This document shows, piece after piece, positions 1-8,772 of a stretch of 54,097 nucleotides of DNA (position 1 is the first letter of the stretch; every line of letters starts with the position of its first letter). The stretch is from positions 1 through 54,097 of the IMG/VR virus record IMGVR_UViG_3300049893_001211; one strand, 5' to 3'. The notes below the pieces were generated by a model that saw nothing but the letters and a program-made list of their open reading frames with translations, ran no database searches and was not told the DNA's origin. A program made the translations under genes and the position numbers. Source of the stretch: a virus (lineage: Duplodnaviria > Caudoviricetes).

Positions 1-152
1 TAGGTATACCATAACCTTTTACACCACATACATTCGTAAGCACGTTTATAGTCTGTATAACGTAATTCTACATTGTTGTTTGTTCGTACCATAATTCGGG
101 CATAACTATGAAATCCAAAATGACATGCTATCTTTTGAAGCATTCTAAGCAT
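1..152 (-). CDS. Small Cys/His protein (50 aa, CxxxxH...CxxC); stop codon completed only across the window junction
   Basis: Manual translation MLRMLQKIACHFGFHSY...YECMWCKRLWYT; AAGGA SD upstream; ends TA at base 1, and base 54097 supplies A to give TAA. Confidence 0.6.
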   Translation of the reverse strand, partial: MLRMLQKIACHFGFHSYARIMVRTNNNVELRYTDYKRAYECMWCKRLWYT

Positions 153-177
153 AACTATTGTTCCTTATGAATATAGG

Positions 178-360
178 TTACTTTATTCGTATTTCGTAAT
201 TATAGGTGTGTTTTGGATGTGTAATTTCTTTATTTACTTTGTTTTTTTGGTAATGAGACTTTATTACAAGGTCTACAATGTCTTGTGGACTATAGCCGGA
301 TTCTTGAAAATATTTAAAATGTTGTTCTAGTGTAGTATTCGGTAAACATAGTCTACACAT
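178..360 (-). CDS. Hypothetical protein
   Basis: 60-aa ORF packed in the - strand early operon; N-terminal CxxC. Confidence 0.45.
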   Translation of the reverse strand: MCRLCLPNTTLEQHFKYFQESGYSPQDIVDLVIKSHYQKNKVNKEITHPKHTYNYEIRIK

Positions 361-365
361 GTTTA

Positions 366-785
366 TTACCCTCGTTTGCTGTTTATGTAGTTTCCTTCGT
401 AATATCCACGCATGTATGCTTCTTGATGTTTGTCTGTTAAATCCTTTCCAAAGAGCGCAAGGAATGTAGAAGGGTTACCTTGTATTGCATCAAGGTAACC
501 CGAATTCCTGCAATCTTCTACACTAATACCTGATTCTTCGTCTATAATATTTTCTGGTTCGAAGATACTAAGTGCAAAAACTCCAATTCGTTCTAGTAGA
601 TCAGAGAGTCCACGAGCGGTTTCTGCACTATCTGTGTATCGAGCTATAAGGAATCTAAGACGTTCCCATGCCTCTTCTGATATAGTAACTTGTACTTTGA
701 CTTTTCTAGGAAACAATGGGATAACAATGTGTGATGTAGATTTTTCGTCGTTGTAGAATACGAATGGATTTTCTGTTGGTTCCAT
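366..785 (-). CDS. Hypothetical protein, RHH-like middle and RMF-like C-terminus
   Basis: KVKVQVTISEEAWERLRFL...GLSDLLERIG; C-terminal GYLDAIQG...AYMRGYYEG; abuts upstream gene (TAATG). Confidence 0.6.
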   Translation of the reverse strand: MEPTENPFVFYNDEKSTSHIVIPLFPRKVKVQVTISEEAWERLRFLIARYTDSAETARGLSDLLERIGVFALSIFEPENIIDEESGISVEDCRNSGYLDAIQGNPSTFLALFGKDLTDKHQEAYMRGYYEGNYINSKRG

Positions 786-1228
786 TAGTCATAATTCCTT
801 GGTAGGTCTACAGGTGTAAGCCACTCTAAACCTATACCTTCGAGTACATAAGCTATTGCAGGATATGGCGTGTTACGTTGTGGACCGCCTACTGCAAAAG
901 GTTCTTCTCGAAGGATACCAAATATAAGTGCACTCTCAAAATATTTTTCTATTGCATTCTCATCGAGTTTTAGCAAGCGAGCACGTCGTAGTCGTGTATG
1001 ATGCCAAGACGGTGCTCGATTGTGACTAATCTCTTCTTCGTGGCGCATACGTACTAGTTCTGGGCGAGTATCTTCTAGTGCATAATGAGCGAGATCATTT
1101 AGGAATTCACTCAAACCTTTTGCACGTTCGGCGCCCCAAGGTATGTAACCTTGTTTTTGTGCCATAAATACAAGATGTCCATAGGCACGTTCGGACATAT
1201 AATACGCTATTGCAGGTGCGTCAGACAT
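785..1228 (-). CDS. Hypothetical early protein, possible RHH DNA-binding N-terminus
   Basis: Start moved to ATG 1228 (MSDAP) because AGGAGG SD and a promoter lie just upstream. Confidence 0.65.
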   Translation of the reverse strand: MSDAPAIAYYMSERAYGHLVFMAQKQGYIPWGAERAKGLSEFLNDLAHYALEDTRPELVRMRHEEEISHNRAPSWHHTRLRRARLLKLDENAIEKYFESALIFGILREEPFAVGGPQRNTPYPAIAYVLEGIGLEWLTPVDLPRNYD

Positions 1229-1247
1229 TAGAATCCTCCTATAGTAC

Positions 1248-1283
1248 AGTATACCACATATATAGCGGGATGTCAATATATAG
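1248..1283 (-). promoter_or_regulatory. Sigma70-type early promoter
   Basis: CTATATA-TTGACA-17 nt (ending TGTGG)-TATACT. Confidence 0.85.
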
Positions 1284-1311
1284 AAATGCACCGTACATTC
1301 TGGGACGGTGA

Positions 1312-1360
1312 TGTAACGTGAAAGTTACAGTGTGTAATATCTTATTGACTGTGTTACAAT
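1312..1360 (+). promoter_or_regulatory. Candidate late promoter: extended -10 with upstream inverted repeat
   Basis: TGTAAC-N6-GTTACA (1312-1329); TGnTACAAT (1352-1360); no good -35; lies upstream of the whole structural arm. Confidence 0.45.
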
Positions 1361-1413
1361 AGGGTTGAGGGGACGGCACGGCTCGCTTATATGCTGACTT
1401 TTAGGATACTAAA

Positions 1414-1530
1414 ATGCTTTGTACACAATGCTCCAAAGAAATGCAATCTCGTTGTAACACCGTCAAGGGTTGGGTTTGCCCACAATGCTTTCTAAAGTTA
1501 TTCAGGAGAGAAACAAATGATAAACATTAA
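1414..1530 (+). CDS. 38-aa zinc-ribbon peptide
   Basis: Manual translation MLCTQCSKEMQSRCNTVKGWVCPQCFLKLFRRETNDKH; AGGA SD; overlaps next start. Confidence 0.55.
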   Translation: MLCTQCSKEMQSRCNTVKGWVCPQCFLKLFRRETNDKH

Positions 1531-1993
1531 TGATATCGATACTCAGGACATAGTAGATGTCGTCACGAGTAGTGATGGCAGTCTTGCACTTGCAGCCGAG
1601 CGACTTGGGAAGAAACTCGGGGTACCGTACGGCACTATTAAGGAATATGATCTCCAGGTACGGATATCAACCTTTGATGTCCAGACGGCAGACAATGTAG
1701 CGGCACGGTTACGTACGCTTCTGACGCTCAAGTTGTACGAGTTGATTGTACTAGCTACCGATCAACTCAAGATGACTATGACTGAGCTACGTCCTGCTGA
1801 ATTAGCGCGTACGCATACGTCGCTTATCAACTCGTTTGCGTCGCTTACTTCACCCGCAACTAAAGTTACCTTCGACTTCAATCGGGAAATCGAAGACTTG
1901 GCACGAGAGTTTCCGGATATCTCAGTAGATGATATCCGCTCGAATATCAAGGAAATGGAACAGAGAGTAAAAAGCATTCGAGCAGTAAAATAA
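1517..1993 (+). CDS. Probable terminase small subunit
   Basis: Directly upstream of TerL; helical, HTH-like N-terminus; AGGAG SD. Confidence 0.55.
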   Translation: MININDIDTQDIVDVVTSSDGSLALAAERLGKKLGVPYGTIKEYDLQVRISTFDVQTADNVAARLRTLLTLKLYELIVLATDQLKMTMTELRPAELARTHTSLINSFASLTSPATKVTFDFNREIEDLAREFPDISVDDIRSNIKEMEQRVKSIRAVK

Positions 1994-3519
1994 TGGTTGT
2001 ATCACAACAAACGATTGTCGCTGCTGTACGGGCTAAGCTACGTGCACAGCGACAATCTGTATTAAGAAGTAAGTACATTGATGACCCTGTCTTATGGGTA
2101 GAAGAACGTACTAAAGGCTTTATGTGGTCCGTTCCAAAACGGATTGCAAGTGCTGTCGTTGACCATCGTAGAGTTGCTGTACAGGCCCATCATAGTCTCG
2201 GCAAGAGTTGGCTTAGTGCTAGACTTGCTGCATGGTGGATTGACACGAATCCTCCTGGTGAAGCATTCGTTGTTACAACGGCTCCATCATCTAAACAAGT
2301 AAAAGCAGTTTTATGGAAAGAAATTCGTAGAGCATGGAAAGCTGCGAATTTAGGAGGAAGACTCAATCAAACTGAATGGTGGCTGAATGACGAATTAGTA
2401 GCTATGGGACGTAAGCCATCGGACTATGATCCTACAGCATTCCAGGGAATACATGCTCGTCGTGTACTTGTAATATACGACGAGGCTTGTGGTATACCTG
2501 AAAACATTTATTTAGCTGGAAACTCATTAGCTTCAAATGAACTAAGTCATATTCTGGCAATTGGAAATCCAGATGATCCAGATAGTCATTTTGCAAAAAT
2601 ATGTTCTCCTGGGTCTGGTTGGCATGTCATTGCTGTTAGTGCTTATGACACTCCTAATTTTACGGGAGAGTATGTACCTCAAGAGGTAAAAGATGGATTG
2701 ATTTCTCCACTATACGTTGAAGAAATGAAGCGTGATGTTGGAGAAGATAGTCCAATCTTTATATCGAAAGTTCTAGGACGATTTCCTGAGAACAAACTCG
2801 ATGGTGTAGTACCTCTTTCCTTTATTCGACGTTGTCAGGATGTAGACGAATTAGAGCAAGCATTACTTACGGATGCTGATACACTGTATCCGCGTGAAAT
2901 TGGTTTAGACGTAGGTGCTGGTGGCGACGAAACTTGTGCTATGGTACGCTACGGTAAGTTTATATTAGATGATGTAATAGAACAAAAAACTCCTGAACCA
3001 CTTGATGCTTATAAATTGGTTGTACCATTTATTATGAAGCATCGAGCAACGAGAATAAAAGTAGATAGCATTGGTATTGGATGGGGCTTGATTGGTATGC
3101 TGCAAATGTGTGCTGCTCGTGGTGCACATTATGATGAGATATTGGAAATGAACGTTGATATATCGTTTTGTGAGATTGCAGGAGTAAATGTAGGCTTAGC
3201 TGCAAAAGACCCAGAAAAGTTTGTACGGTTTAGGTCGCAACTTTGGTGGGAAGTAGGACGAGAACTGAGTGCTGATAAGGGATGGAATTTAGCATTGCTA
3301 GATGAAAAAACTATCGGACAGTTGGTGAGTCCTACATACAAACGTGACGCTGCTGATCGTATCGCAGTTGAATCGAAACAAGATACGATAAAGCGTACAA
3401 ACAAACCAAGTCCGAACCGTGCAGATGCATTACTGTTAACATACTGTGAACCACTCAAGGAAGATGAAGAAATGTTGGTAGTAATTCACGATCCCGTTAC
3501 AATTGGAGTTGATATATAA
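1993..3519 (+). CDS. terL: Terminase large subunit
   Basis: Walker A-like HHSLGKSW, Walker B VIYDEA, IGNP coupling motif, nuclease GLDVG and NRADA. Confidence 0.92.
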   Translation: MVVSQQTIVAAVRAKLRAQRQSVLRSKYIDDPVLWVEERTKGFMWSVPKRIASAVVDHRRVAVQAHHSLGKSWLSARLAAWWIDTNPPGEAFVVTTAPSSKQVKAVLWKEIRRAWKAANLGGRLNQTEWWLNDELVAMGRKPSDYDPTAFQGIHARRVLVIYDEACGIPENIYLAGNSLASNELSHILAIGNPDDPDSHFAKICSPGSGWHVIAVSAYDTPNFTGEYVPQEVKDGLISPLYVEEMKRDVGEDSPIFISKVLGRFPENKLDGVVPLSFIRRCQDVDELEQALLTDADTLYPREIGLDVGAGGDETCAMVRYGKFILDDVIEQKTPEPLDAYKLVVPFIMKHRATRIKVDSIGIGWGLIGMLQMCAARGAHYDEILEMNVDISFCEIAGVNVGLAAKDPEKFVRFRSQLWWEVGRELSADKGWNLALLDEKTIGQLVSPTYKRDAADRIAVESKQDTIKRTNKPSPNRADALLLTYCEPLKEDEEMLVVIHDPVTIGVDI

Positions 3520-5102
3520 TGGCGGTTGAAACTCTAATTGAAGAAGAACGCGCGCAATACAACAATACTATAGTGTATTTGAATGAGCGAATTGCTGAAT
3601 TAGAATTTGCTCAAGAGGATTGGGGTTGGACTCGTTTAGGTGGAGAAGCGAGCTACGAATTTAGTAGAGAGTTTCTACGACGAATTGTAGCTCGCTCTCG
3701 ATTGTTTTACTTGCAAAATCCTCTTGTACATCGTGCAGTTACATTACAAGCTGATTATATCTTTGCACAAGGTGTTAGTGTACAGGGTACGAATGATATT
3801 GTAAACAAAGTCATTCAGGAATTTCTGGATGATCCTACAAACAAAAAAGAACTGACTTCGCACATGGCGCAGTTAGAATTAGAACGAACCTTGTTACTTG
3901 ATGGAAATTTGTTCTTTGTGCTGTTTACAGACAAGCAAGTTTCTGGACGAGTAAAGGTTCGAAGTATCAGTCTCGATGAAATTACTGACATTGTAACAAA
4001 CCCTGACGATGTGTCAGAAGTTTGGTACTATCGTCGAGAATGGAATTCAGTTGATGATGGAGGTACATCCACATTCAATGTGGTTTACTATCCTGATATC
4101 AACTACATGCCTCAAACATTGGCAAGACTACCACAGCAATATAAAGGCAAGCCTATATTGTGGGATGCACCTATTGTACATGTAAGTGTAGGTGCTCTAA
4201 AAAAGAGTAAGTTTGGTGCGCCTGAAACATATAGTGCACTCAATTGGGCCAAAGCACATGAAAAGATGTTGGCCGATTGGGCGACGATTATATCGACTTA
4301 TGCCAAGTTTGCTTTTCAGCTAACAACACCAGGAAACAAAGCATCTGTAGTAGCTGCAAAGACTCGTTTAGAATCGAGTATTGGTTCTGGATCGGTAGTA
4401 GAAACCAATCCGTCGCCTGTTGTAGGTTCTATCTTTGCTCGACAAAAAGATGGTGCGACACTAGAACCTGTAAAAACATCTGGAGCTACTACTAGCGCGC
4501 GGGATGCTAGAGAACTACGTATAATGGTAGCCGCTGCTATGGGGTTGCCTGACCCTATGCTAAGTGGTGAAGTTGACGTAGGTAACTTAGCAACTGCAAA
4601 GACTCTAGACCGACCAACAGAACTGAAGTTTAGAAGTAGACAAAAGCTTTGGGAAGAAGTATTCAAACAAATCCTTAGTTGGGTTGTACGTTGGTCTATT
4701 GAGTCAGGTCGTGGCTTACTTAAGCCATACGTACGTACAACAATTGATAATCGAGGTGAAAAAGAATACAAACCAAAACGTGACCCTAAGACTGGTAAGC
4801 CGATTGATTTACATGTTGAAGTAGTGTTTCCCCCTATTTTGGAGCGTACGATACAAGAGCGTATCGATGCCGTAATAGGCGCAATTACTCTCAACGGTAA
4901 ACAATTTGCTGTAGACAGTCCAGAACTCAAGAAGTTGACGATTCGACTCATGTTACAAGCACTCGGTCTAAGTGATGTAGATGAGTTGGTCGATCAAATA
5001 TTCAAAGACATCGAAGATTCAGACCTAAAGGACGATAATCAAAATGGCGAACCAACCCCAGAACCCGATTCCGTTCCCGAGCAATCTGAAATTAGAATCT
5101 AA
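3519..5102 (+). CDS. Portal protein
   Basis: 527 aa directly after TerL; R..Y..NPL, LDGNLF, GNLATAKTL features typical of portals. Confidence 0.85.
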   Translation: MAVETLIEEERAQYNNTIVYLNERIAELEFAQEDWGWTRLGGEASYEFSREFLRRIVARSRLFYLQNPLVHRAVTLQADYIFAQGVSVQGTNDIVNKVIQEFLDDPTNKKELTSHMAQLELERTLLLDGNLFFVLFTDKQVSGRVKVRSISLDEITDIVTNPDDVSEVWYYRREWNSVDDGGTSTFNVVYYPDINYMPQTLARLPQQYKGKPILWDAPIVHVSVGALKKSKFGAPETYSALNWAKAHEKMLADWATIISTYAKFAFQLTTPGNKASVVAAKTRLESSIGSGSVVETNPSPVVGSIFARQKDGATLEPVKTSGATTSARDARELRIMVAAAMGLPDPMLSGEVDVGNLATAKTLDRPTELKFRSRQKLWEEVFKQILSWVVRWSIESGRGLLKPYVRTTIDNRGEKEYKPKRDPKTGKPIDLHVEVVFPPILERTIQERIDAVIGAITLNGKQFAVDSPELKKLTIRLMLQALGLSDVDELVDQIFKDIEDSDLKDDNQNGEPTPEPDSVPEQSEIRI

Positions 5103-5121
5103 GTGCGAGGGTAAGGCTCAT

Positions 5122-5322
5122 ATGCACGCATTAGGTGTAACATATGGGCCACCTTCGCCAATAACACAGCAACCAACTACGTTTCAAATTGTGTTTGGTT
5201 TGTTTGACGAAGATGAAAACCAGATGGTACATGCAATGTCTGATGGTTCACAGATACCAATTGTAATGTTGTCGAATTCTTTACCTATTGAAACGCAGAC
5301 TCCAAAGCTAATTGTACAATAA
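5122..5322 (+). CDS. Hypothetical protein
   Basis: ORF 5044-5322; ATG 5122 avoids portal overlap and has GGTAAGG upstream. Confidence 0.45.
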   Translation: MHALGVTYGPPSPITQQPTTFQIVFGLFDEDENQMVHAMSDGSQIPIVMLSNSLPIETQTPKLIVQ

Positions 5323-5334
5323 TAAGAACAAGTC

Positions 5335-6024
5335 ATGCGAAAATTAGTTTCTGTAATAACTGGAACGTACGATCGTCCTCGTGAACTTTTAGCGTGTATA
5401 AATGAAGTAAGAAAACAAACATATCCCTTTATCGAGCATTGTATTGTACATGATGGTCCAGCAGCACAGATAATACGAGATATTGTATCGGATGCAAATA
5501 ATGACTCTAATGTGCCTATCAAGTTTGTAGAAACTGGTAGACAATGGTCGCATTTCTTAGCTATGAGTATCAGCGCAGTCCCGTTTCAAGTTGCACAATG
5601 GTTGTCAAGTGGTGATTATATTATGTGGTTATCGGATGATGAAGAAATTACAGAAGATCATATTGAAAGTCTTGTAGATTTGTTAGAAGAAAAGGACGTA
5701 GACTTTGTATATAGTAAAACAGAAGTTTGGTTTCATAACTCTTTGCAGTCCAGTGTTAGTGTTGCTACCGATATTATTGGGGCGGATATTCCAAAATCGG
5801 TTGATATCACGCAAGCCTTATTTCGTGCCGAATTATTGGATTATCGTGGATTCATGACGCACATTGGTTCTAGAACAGATTGGGACCAAGTTAGTCATTG
5901 GATGGAAGCTGGTGCTAGTTGGGCTTTTCTGGATAGAATTACGCATACACATCGGGTTGATAAACTTGGTGATAGAGCACTAAAACAAGAACGTCAACCA
6001 CTAAAAGGATGGAAGAATGGCTAA
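5335..6024 (+). CDS. Glycosyltransferase family 2 (GT-A fold)
   Basis: VSVITGTYDRP, QTY, IVHDG, GDYIMWLSDDE (DxD-like), DW. Confidence 0.85.
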   Translation: MRKLVSVITGTYDRPRELLACINEVRKQTYPFIEHCIVHDGPAAQIIRDIVSDANNDSNVPIKFVETGRQWSHFLAMSISAVPFQVAQWLSSGDYIMWLSDDEEITEDHIESLVDLLEEKDVDFVYSKTEVWFHNSLQSSVSVATDIIGADIPKSVDITQALFRAELLDYRGFMTHIGSRTDWDQVSHWMEAGASWAFLDRITHTHRVDKLGDRALKQERQPLKGWKNG

Positions 6025-6424
6025 CGCACTGTATGATCTCGGTAGAGAGGGTTTCTTAGCTGGCGACATCGATTGGGATGCAAATACAATTAAACTAGTC
6101 TTAATTGATGAAGCAGATGATACTATTGACTTAGCTGTTGATGATAACTTAGATGATCGTGCTGTTGCATCTAGGGTTGCAATTTCTGGAGCGTTTGCAT
6201 CTAAGACAACCACGGCTGGTGTAGCTGATGCTGCTGATGTAACGTTGACATCGGTAACTGGTGACCCTTCAGAATCAATTGATATTTATAAAGATACTGG
6301 TGTTGAAGCTACATCGCGACTTATTTGTAACATTGATACCGCTACTGGATTGCCTGTAACTCCAAATGGTGGTAATATTACTGTTCAGTGGGATAACGGT
6401 GCTAACAAGATTTTCAAGCTGTAG
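6017..6424 (+). CDS. Virion structural protein (minor tail/appendage type)
   Basis: MANALYDLGREGFLAGDIDW...GLPVTPNGGNITVQWDNGANKIFKL, a family I recall from phage structural modules. Confidence 0.6.
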   Translation: MANALYDLGREGFLAGDIDWDANTIKLVLIDEADDTIDLAVDDNLDDRAVASRVAISGAFASKTTTAGVADAADVTLTSVTGDPSESIDIYKDTGVEATSRLICNIDTATGLPVTPNGGNITVQWDNGANKIFKL

Positions 6425-6440
6425 TGTAGTGTAATTTATT

Positions 6441-6785
6441 ATGTCCATTACACAAGTAAACATTGGTACTAATGGTAATAAGGTTGTATTTTCTCTTGAT
6501 GGAAAGACTGTAGAAATTCCTTGGGAACATGCGAATGAGATTGCACGTGCTTTATTTATGAAAGCACGTCAAGCTGAAGAAGAAGAGAAAGCACTTGGTA
6601 TTATCCGAGATAATGCAATACTTCTTCGAGCAGGGGTTCCAATAGGTCTTTCCGACAGAAAAGACATCAAGAACGAAACGATACAAACTGCCAAGTATGA
6701 TCGAGATTTACGTCGATACATGCCAGGTGGAATCAAGAGTAGAGAACTGTTTGGAGCACCAACGATTATTAGGAGTAACCCGTAA
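6441..6785 (+). CDS. Hypothetical protein
   Basis: 114-aa ORF in tightly packed operon. Confidence 0.6.
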   Translation: MSITQVNIGTNGNKVVFSLDGKTVEIPWEHANEIARALFMKARQAEEEEKALGIIRDNAILLRAGVPIGLSDRKDIKNETIQTAKYDRDLRRYMPGGIKSRELFGAPTIIRSNP

Positions 6786-7006
6786 TGTCGCTTGAATCGG
6801 CACAGCTTCGATTATCTCAAGCACAAGAAGCTCACGAAAAGTTTTTAGCTGAATCAAAAGCTATGATTCGTGAACTCCAGCACGAGTACGAATTAGAACT
6901 TGCGAAGGCTAAGTTTGCTGCTCTCAGCGATGCTGAAAAAGATGCTTTAGTGCAAATGGTAAAAGCACGAGGTATTGACAGCAAAGAGGATTTCGGAGAA
7001 ATGTAG
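6785..7006 (+). CDS. Hypothetical coiled-coil protein
   Basis: Helical heptad-like composition; TAATG coupling. Confidence 0.55.
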   Translation: MSLESAQLRLSQAQEAHEKFLAESKAMIRELQHEYELELAKAKFAALSDAEKDALVQMVKARGIDSKEDFGEM

Positions 7007-7019
7007 GAGATAAGACATC

Positions 7020-7316
7020 ATGGCACTTGTAACGCAGACAATTGTTGAGTTTGATAATGGAAATTGTGTTTGGTCTTATGAATATGATGATGTTGCACTA
7101 CGTTTGACACGACTTATGTGTACAAATAATAGTGCATTCGCAACTCGTGGAACAATTACAGTTGATAAAAATGGGCGGACTTTCTCGCGTACCGTAAACG
7201 CTGGTAGTTCGTTAAATGTAAATATTCCCACTGGCCCACAAGCACGTTTAGAAATTACAATCGATTCTCGGGGACGGGTTGACGGGATTGACTGGTCTTT
7301 TGCTTGGCCTGCATAA
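7020..7316 (+). CDS. Hypothetical beta-rich protein
   Basis: AGGAG SD; alternating beta-strand pattern. Confidence 0.6.
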   Translation: MALVTQTIVEFDNGNCVWSYEYDDVALRLTRLMCTNNSAFATRGTITVDKNGRTFSRTVNAGSSLNVNIPTGPQARLEITIDSRGRVDGIDWSFAWPA

Positions 7317-7319
7317 ATT

Positions 7320-8006
7320 ATGGCTATAGCATTTCGTGCTTCTAATACGGCAGGAAACGGAAATGGAACTACTCTTGCTATTACAAAACCTACTGGTACG
7401 GTTGATAATGACATTGTAATTATTAATGTGTATTTTGAAGCTCCGTTAACCACGCCTGCTATTAGTGGGTTTACACTGGTACAGGAAATTTTAGAAACTA
7501 GTTCAACTCCTGATATGAGTCAAGCAACGTTTATTCGTGTATCCGCGAGTGATGGTGCCTCATATTCAATTACTTTTGGTGGTACAAGTTCTTGGAGAAC
7601 TGCTTGTGTTGTATCGTATTCTGGTGCAAGTACAACAACCCCACAAGATGCAACTGCTACTGAAAACTCAGGAACTACTTCAACCACTGGAACTGCATTA
7701 GGACTTACAACAGTCACAGCAAATGCTATGCTTGTCTTTTGTCAAGCTGACTTTAATGGTGCAAGTGGCTCTCGTTCCGCGTGGTCGTCTCCTTGCTCTA
7801 ACGAGCAGGTAGATTTTTTCAATGTTGGTTTAGCAGACGGTATTCAGGTTTCTGCTGGTGCAAGTGGGAATAAGACTGTTACTCAAGCATCGTCACAGTG
7901 GGCTGCAATGTTACTTGCGTTACGAGAAAGTGGAGCTTCTCCAGGAGGTAAAGCGCCTGTACCTCGTAGACGACCACTTAGAGTTTGGAATAGGAGAGTA
8001 GCTTAA
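7320..8006 (+). CDS. Ser/Thr-rich virion surface protein (beta-sandwich, fibre-tip-like)
   Basis: MAIAFRAS...KPTGTVDND...YSGA...NAMLV; Arg-rich C-terminus. Confidence 0.55.
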   Translation: MAIAFRASNTAGNGNGTTLAITKPTGTVDNDIVIINVYFEAPLTTPAISGFTLVQEILETSSTPDMSQATFIRVSASDGASYSITFGGTSSWRTACVVSYSGASTTTPQDATATENSGTTSTTGTALGLTTVTANAMLVFCQADFNGASGSRSAWSSPCSNEQVDFFNVGLADGIQVSAGASGNKTVTQASSQWAAMLLALRESGASPGGKAPVPRRRPLRVWNRRVA

Positions 8007-8488
8007 TGAGCCGTATCTATACCGTGAGTTTCAACGGTACAATTACGGCTGCTGGTGGAGACACTGATTTACTTGAGGTTTTACCAGCAGACGATAAACC
8101 TGTAAAATTAGTTGGTTTTGTATTAGGACAGATTTCAGAAGTAGGTGATGCAGCGGAAGAAGGGTTGAGGATTTCTGTTATGCGATTGCCTGCTACTGTT
8201 ACAAGTGGTTCAGGTGGTGCTGCTGCAACTCCACAACCTATGGATTCGGCTGATGCCGCTGCTGGTGCTGCATGTGAAGTAAACAACACAACTGTAGCAA
8301 CGACAACGGGTACAGCTATTACACTAGCGGAACATGGCTGGAACATTCGTGGACCATTTGAACAATGGTATCCTGATGCTAATATGCGGCCTAAAGCAAA
8401 ACAAGGTGAAGCATTACTCGTACGCTGCCAGACAACTGCTGCTGATGATATAAGTGGTCAAGGTGTGTTCTATTTGGAGGAAGAGTAA
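8006..8488 (+). CDS. Putative virion structural protein
   Basis: A/T/G-rich beta protein ending in ...EEE; coupled to neighbours. Confidence 0.55.
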   Translation: MSRIYTVSFNGTITAAGGDTDLLEVLPADDKPVKLVGFVLGQISEVGDAAEEGLRISVMRLPATVTSGSGGAAATPQPMDSADAAAGAACEVNNTTVATTTGTAITLAEHGWNIRGPFEQWYPDANMRPKAKQGEALLVRCQTTAADDISGQGVFYLEEE

Positions 8489-8772
8489 TGAGAGAAAAGA
8501 AAACTTTTGTAGCGCAGTGTACTTCTGGCTGTGTGTTGACAGGACGTGCGGCAGAACGAATAGCACAACCTGATGGTGTACGAAGGTTTTTAGAACAGCA
8601 CGAGTTGTATGCACACGACGATAAGCATGTATCTCCTGAAGCACGTTCGATCATACGTATGCTTCGAGAACTGCCAGACGATGTGTATGCAGAAGTAGTA
8701 CAGTATACCGAGTATTGTCGAGTACATGGAAAGCCAGCATTCGCGCAGATGATTAAACCTGTGACACTCTAA
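8488..8772 (+). CDS. Hypothetical Cys/His protein
   Basis: CTSGC, H..YAH, C..H; TAATG coupling on both sides. Confidence 0.55.
   Translation: MREKKTFVAQCTSGCVLTGRAAERIAQPDGVRRFLEQHELYAHDDKHVSPEARSIIRMLRELPDDVYAEVVQYTEYCRVHGKPAFAQMIKPVTL

Noticed and set aside
4316-4951. 211-aa antisense ORF within the portal gene (similar ones at 15207-15707, 22223-22843, 13841-14209)
   Set aside because: Shadow ORFs opposite strongly supported genes; no motifs
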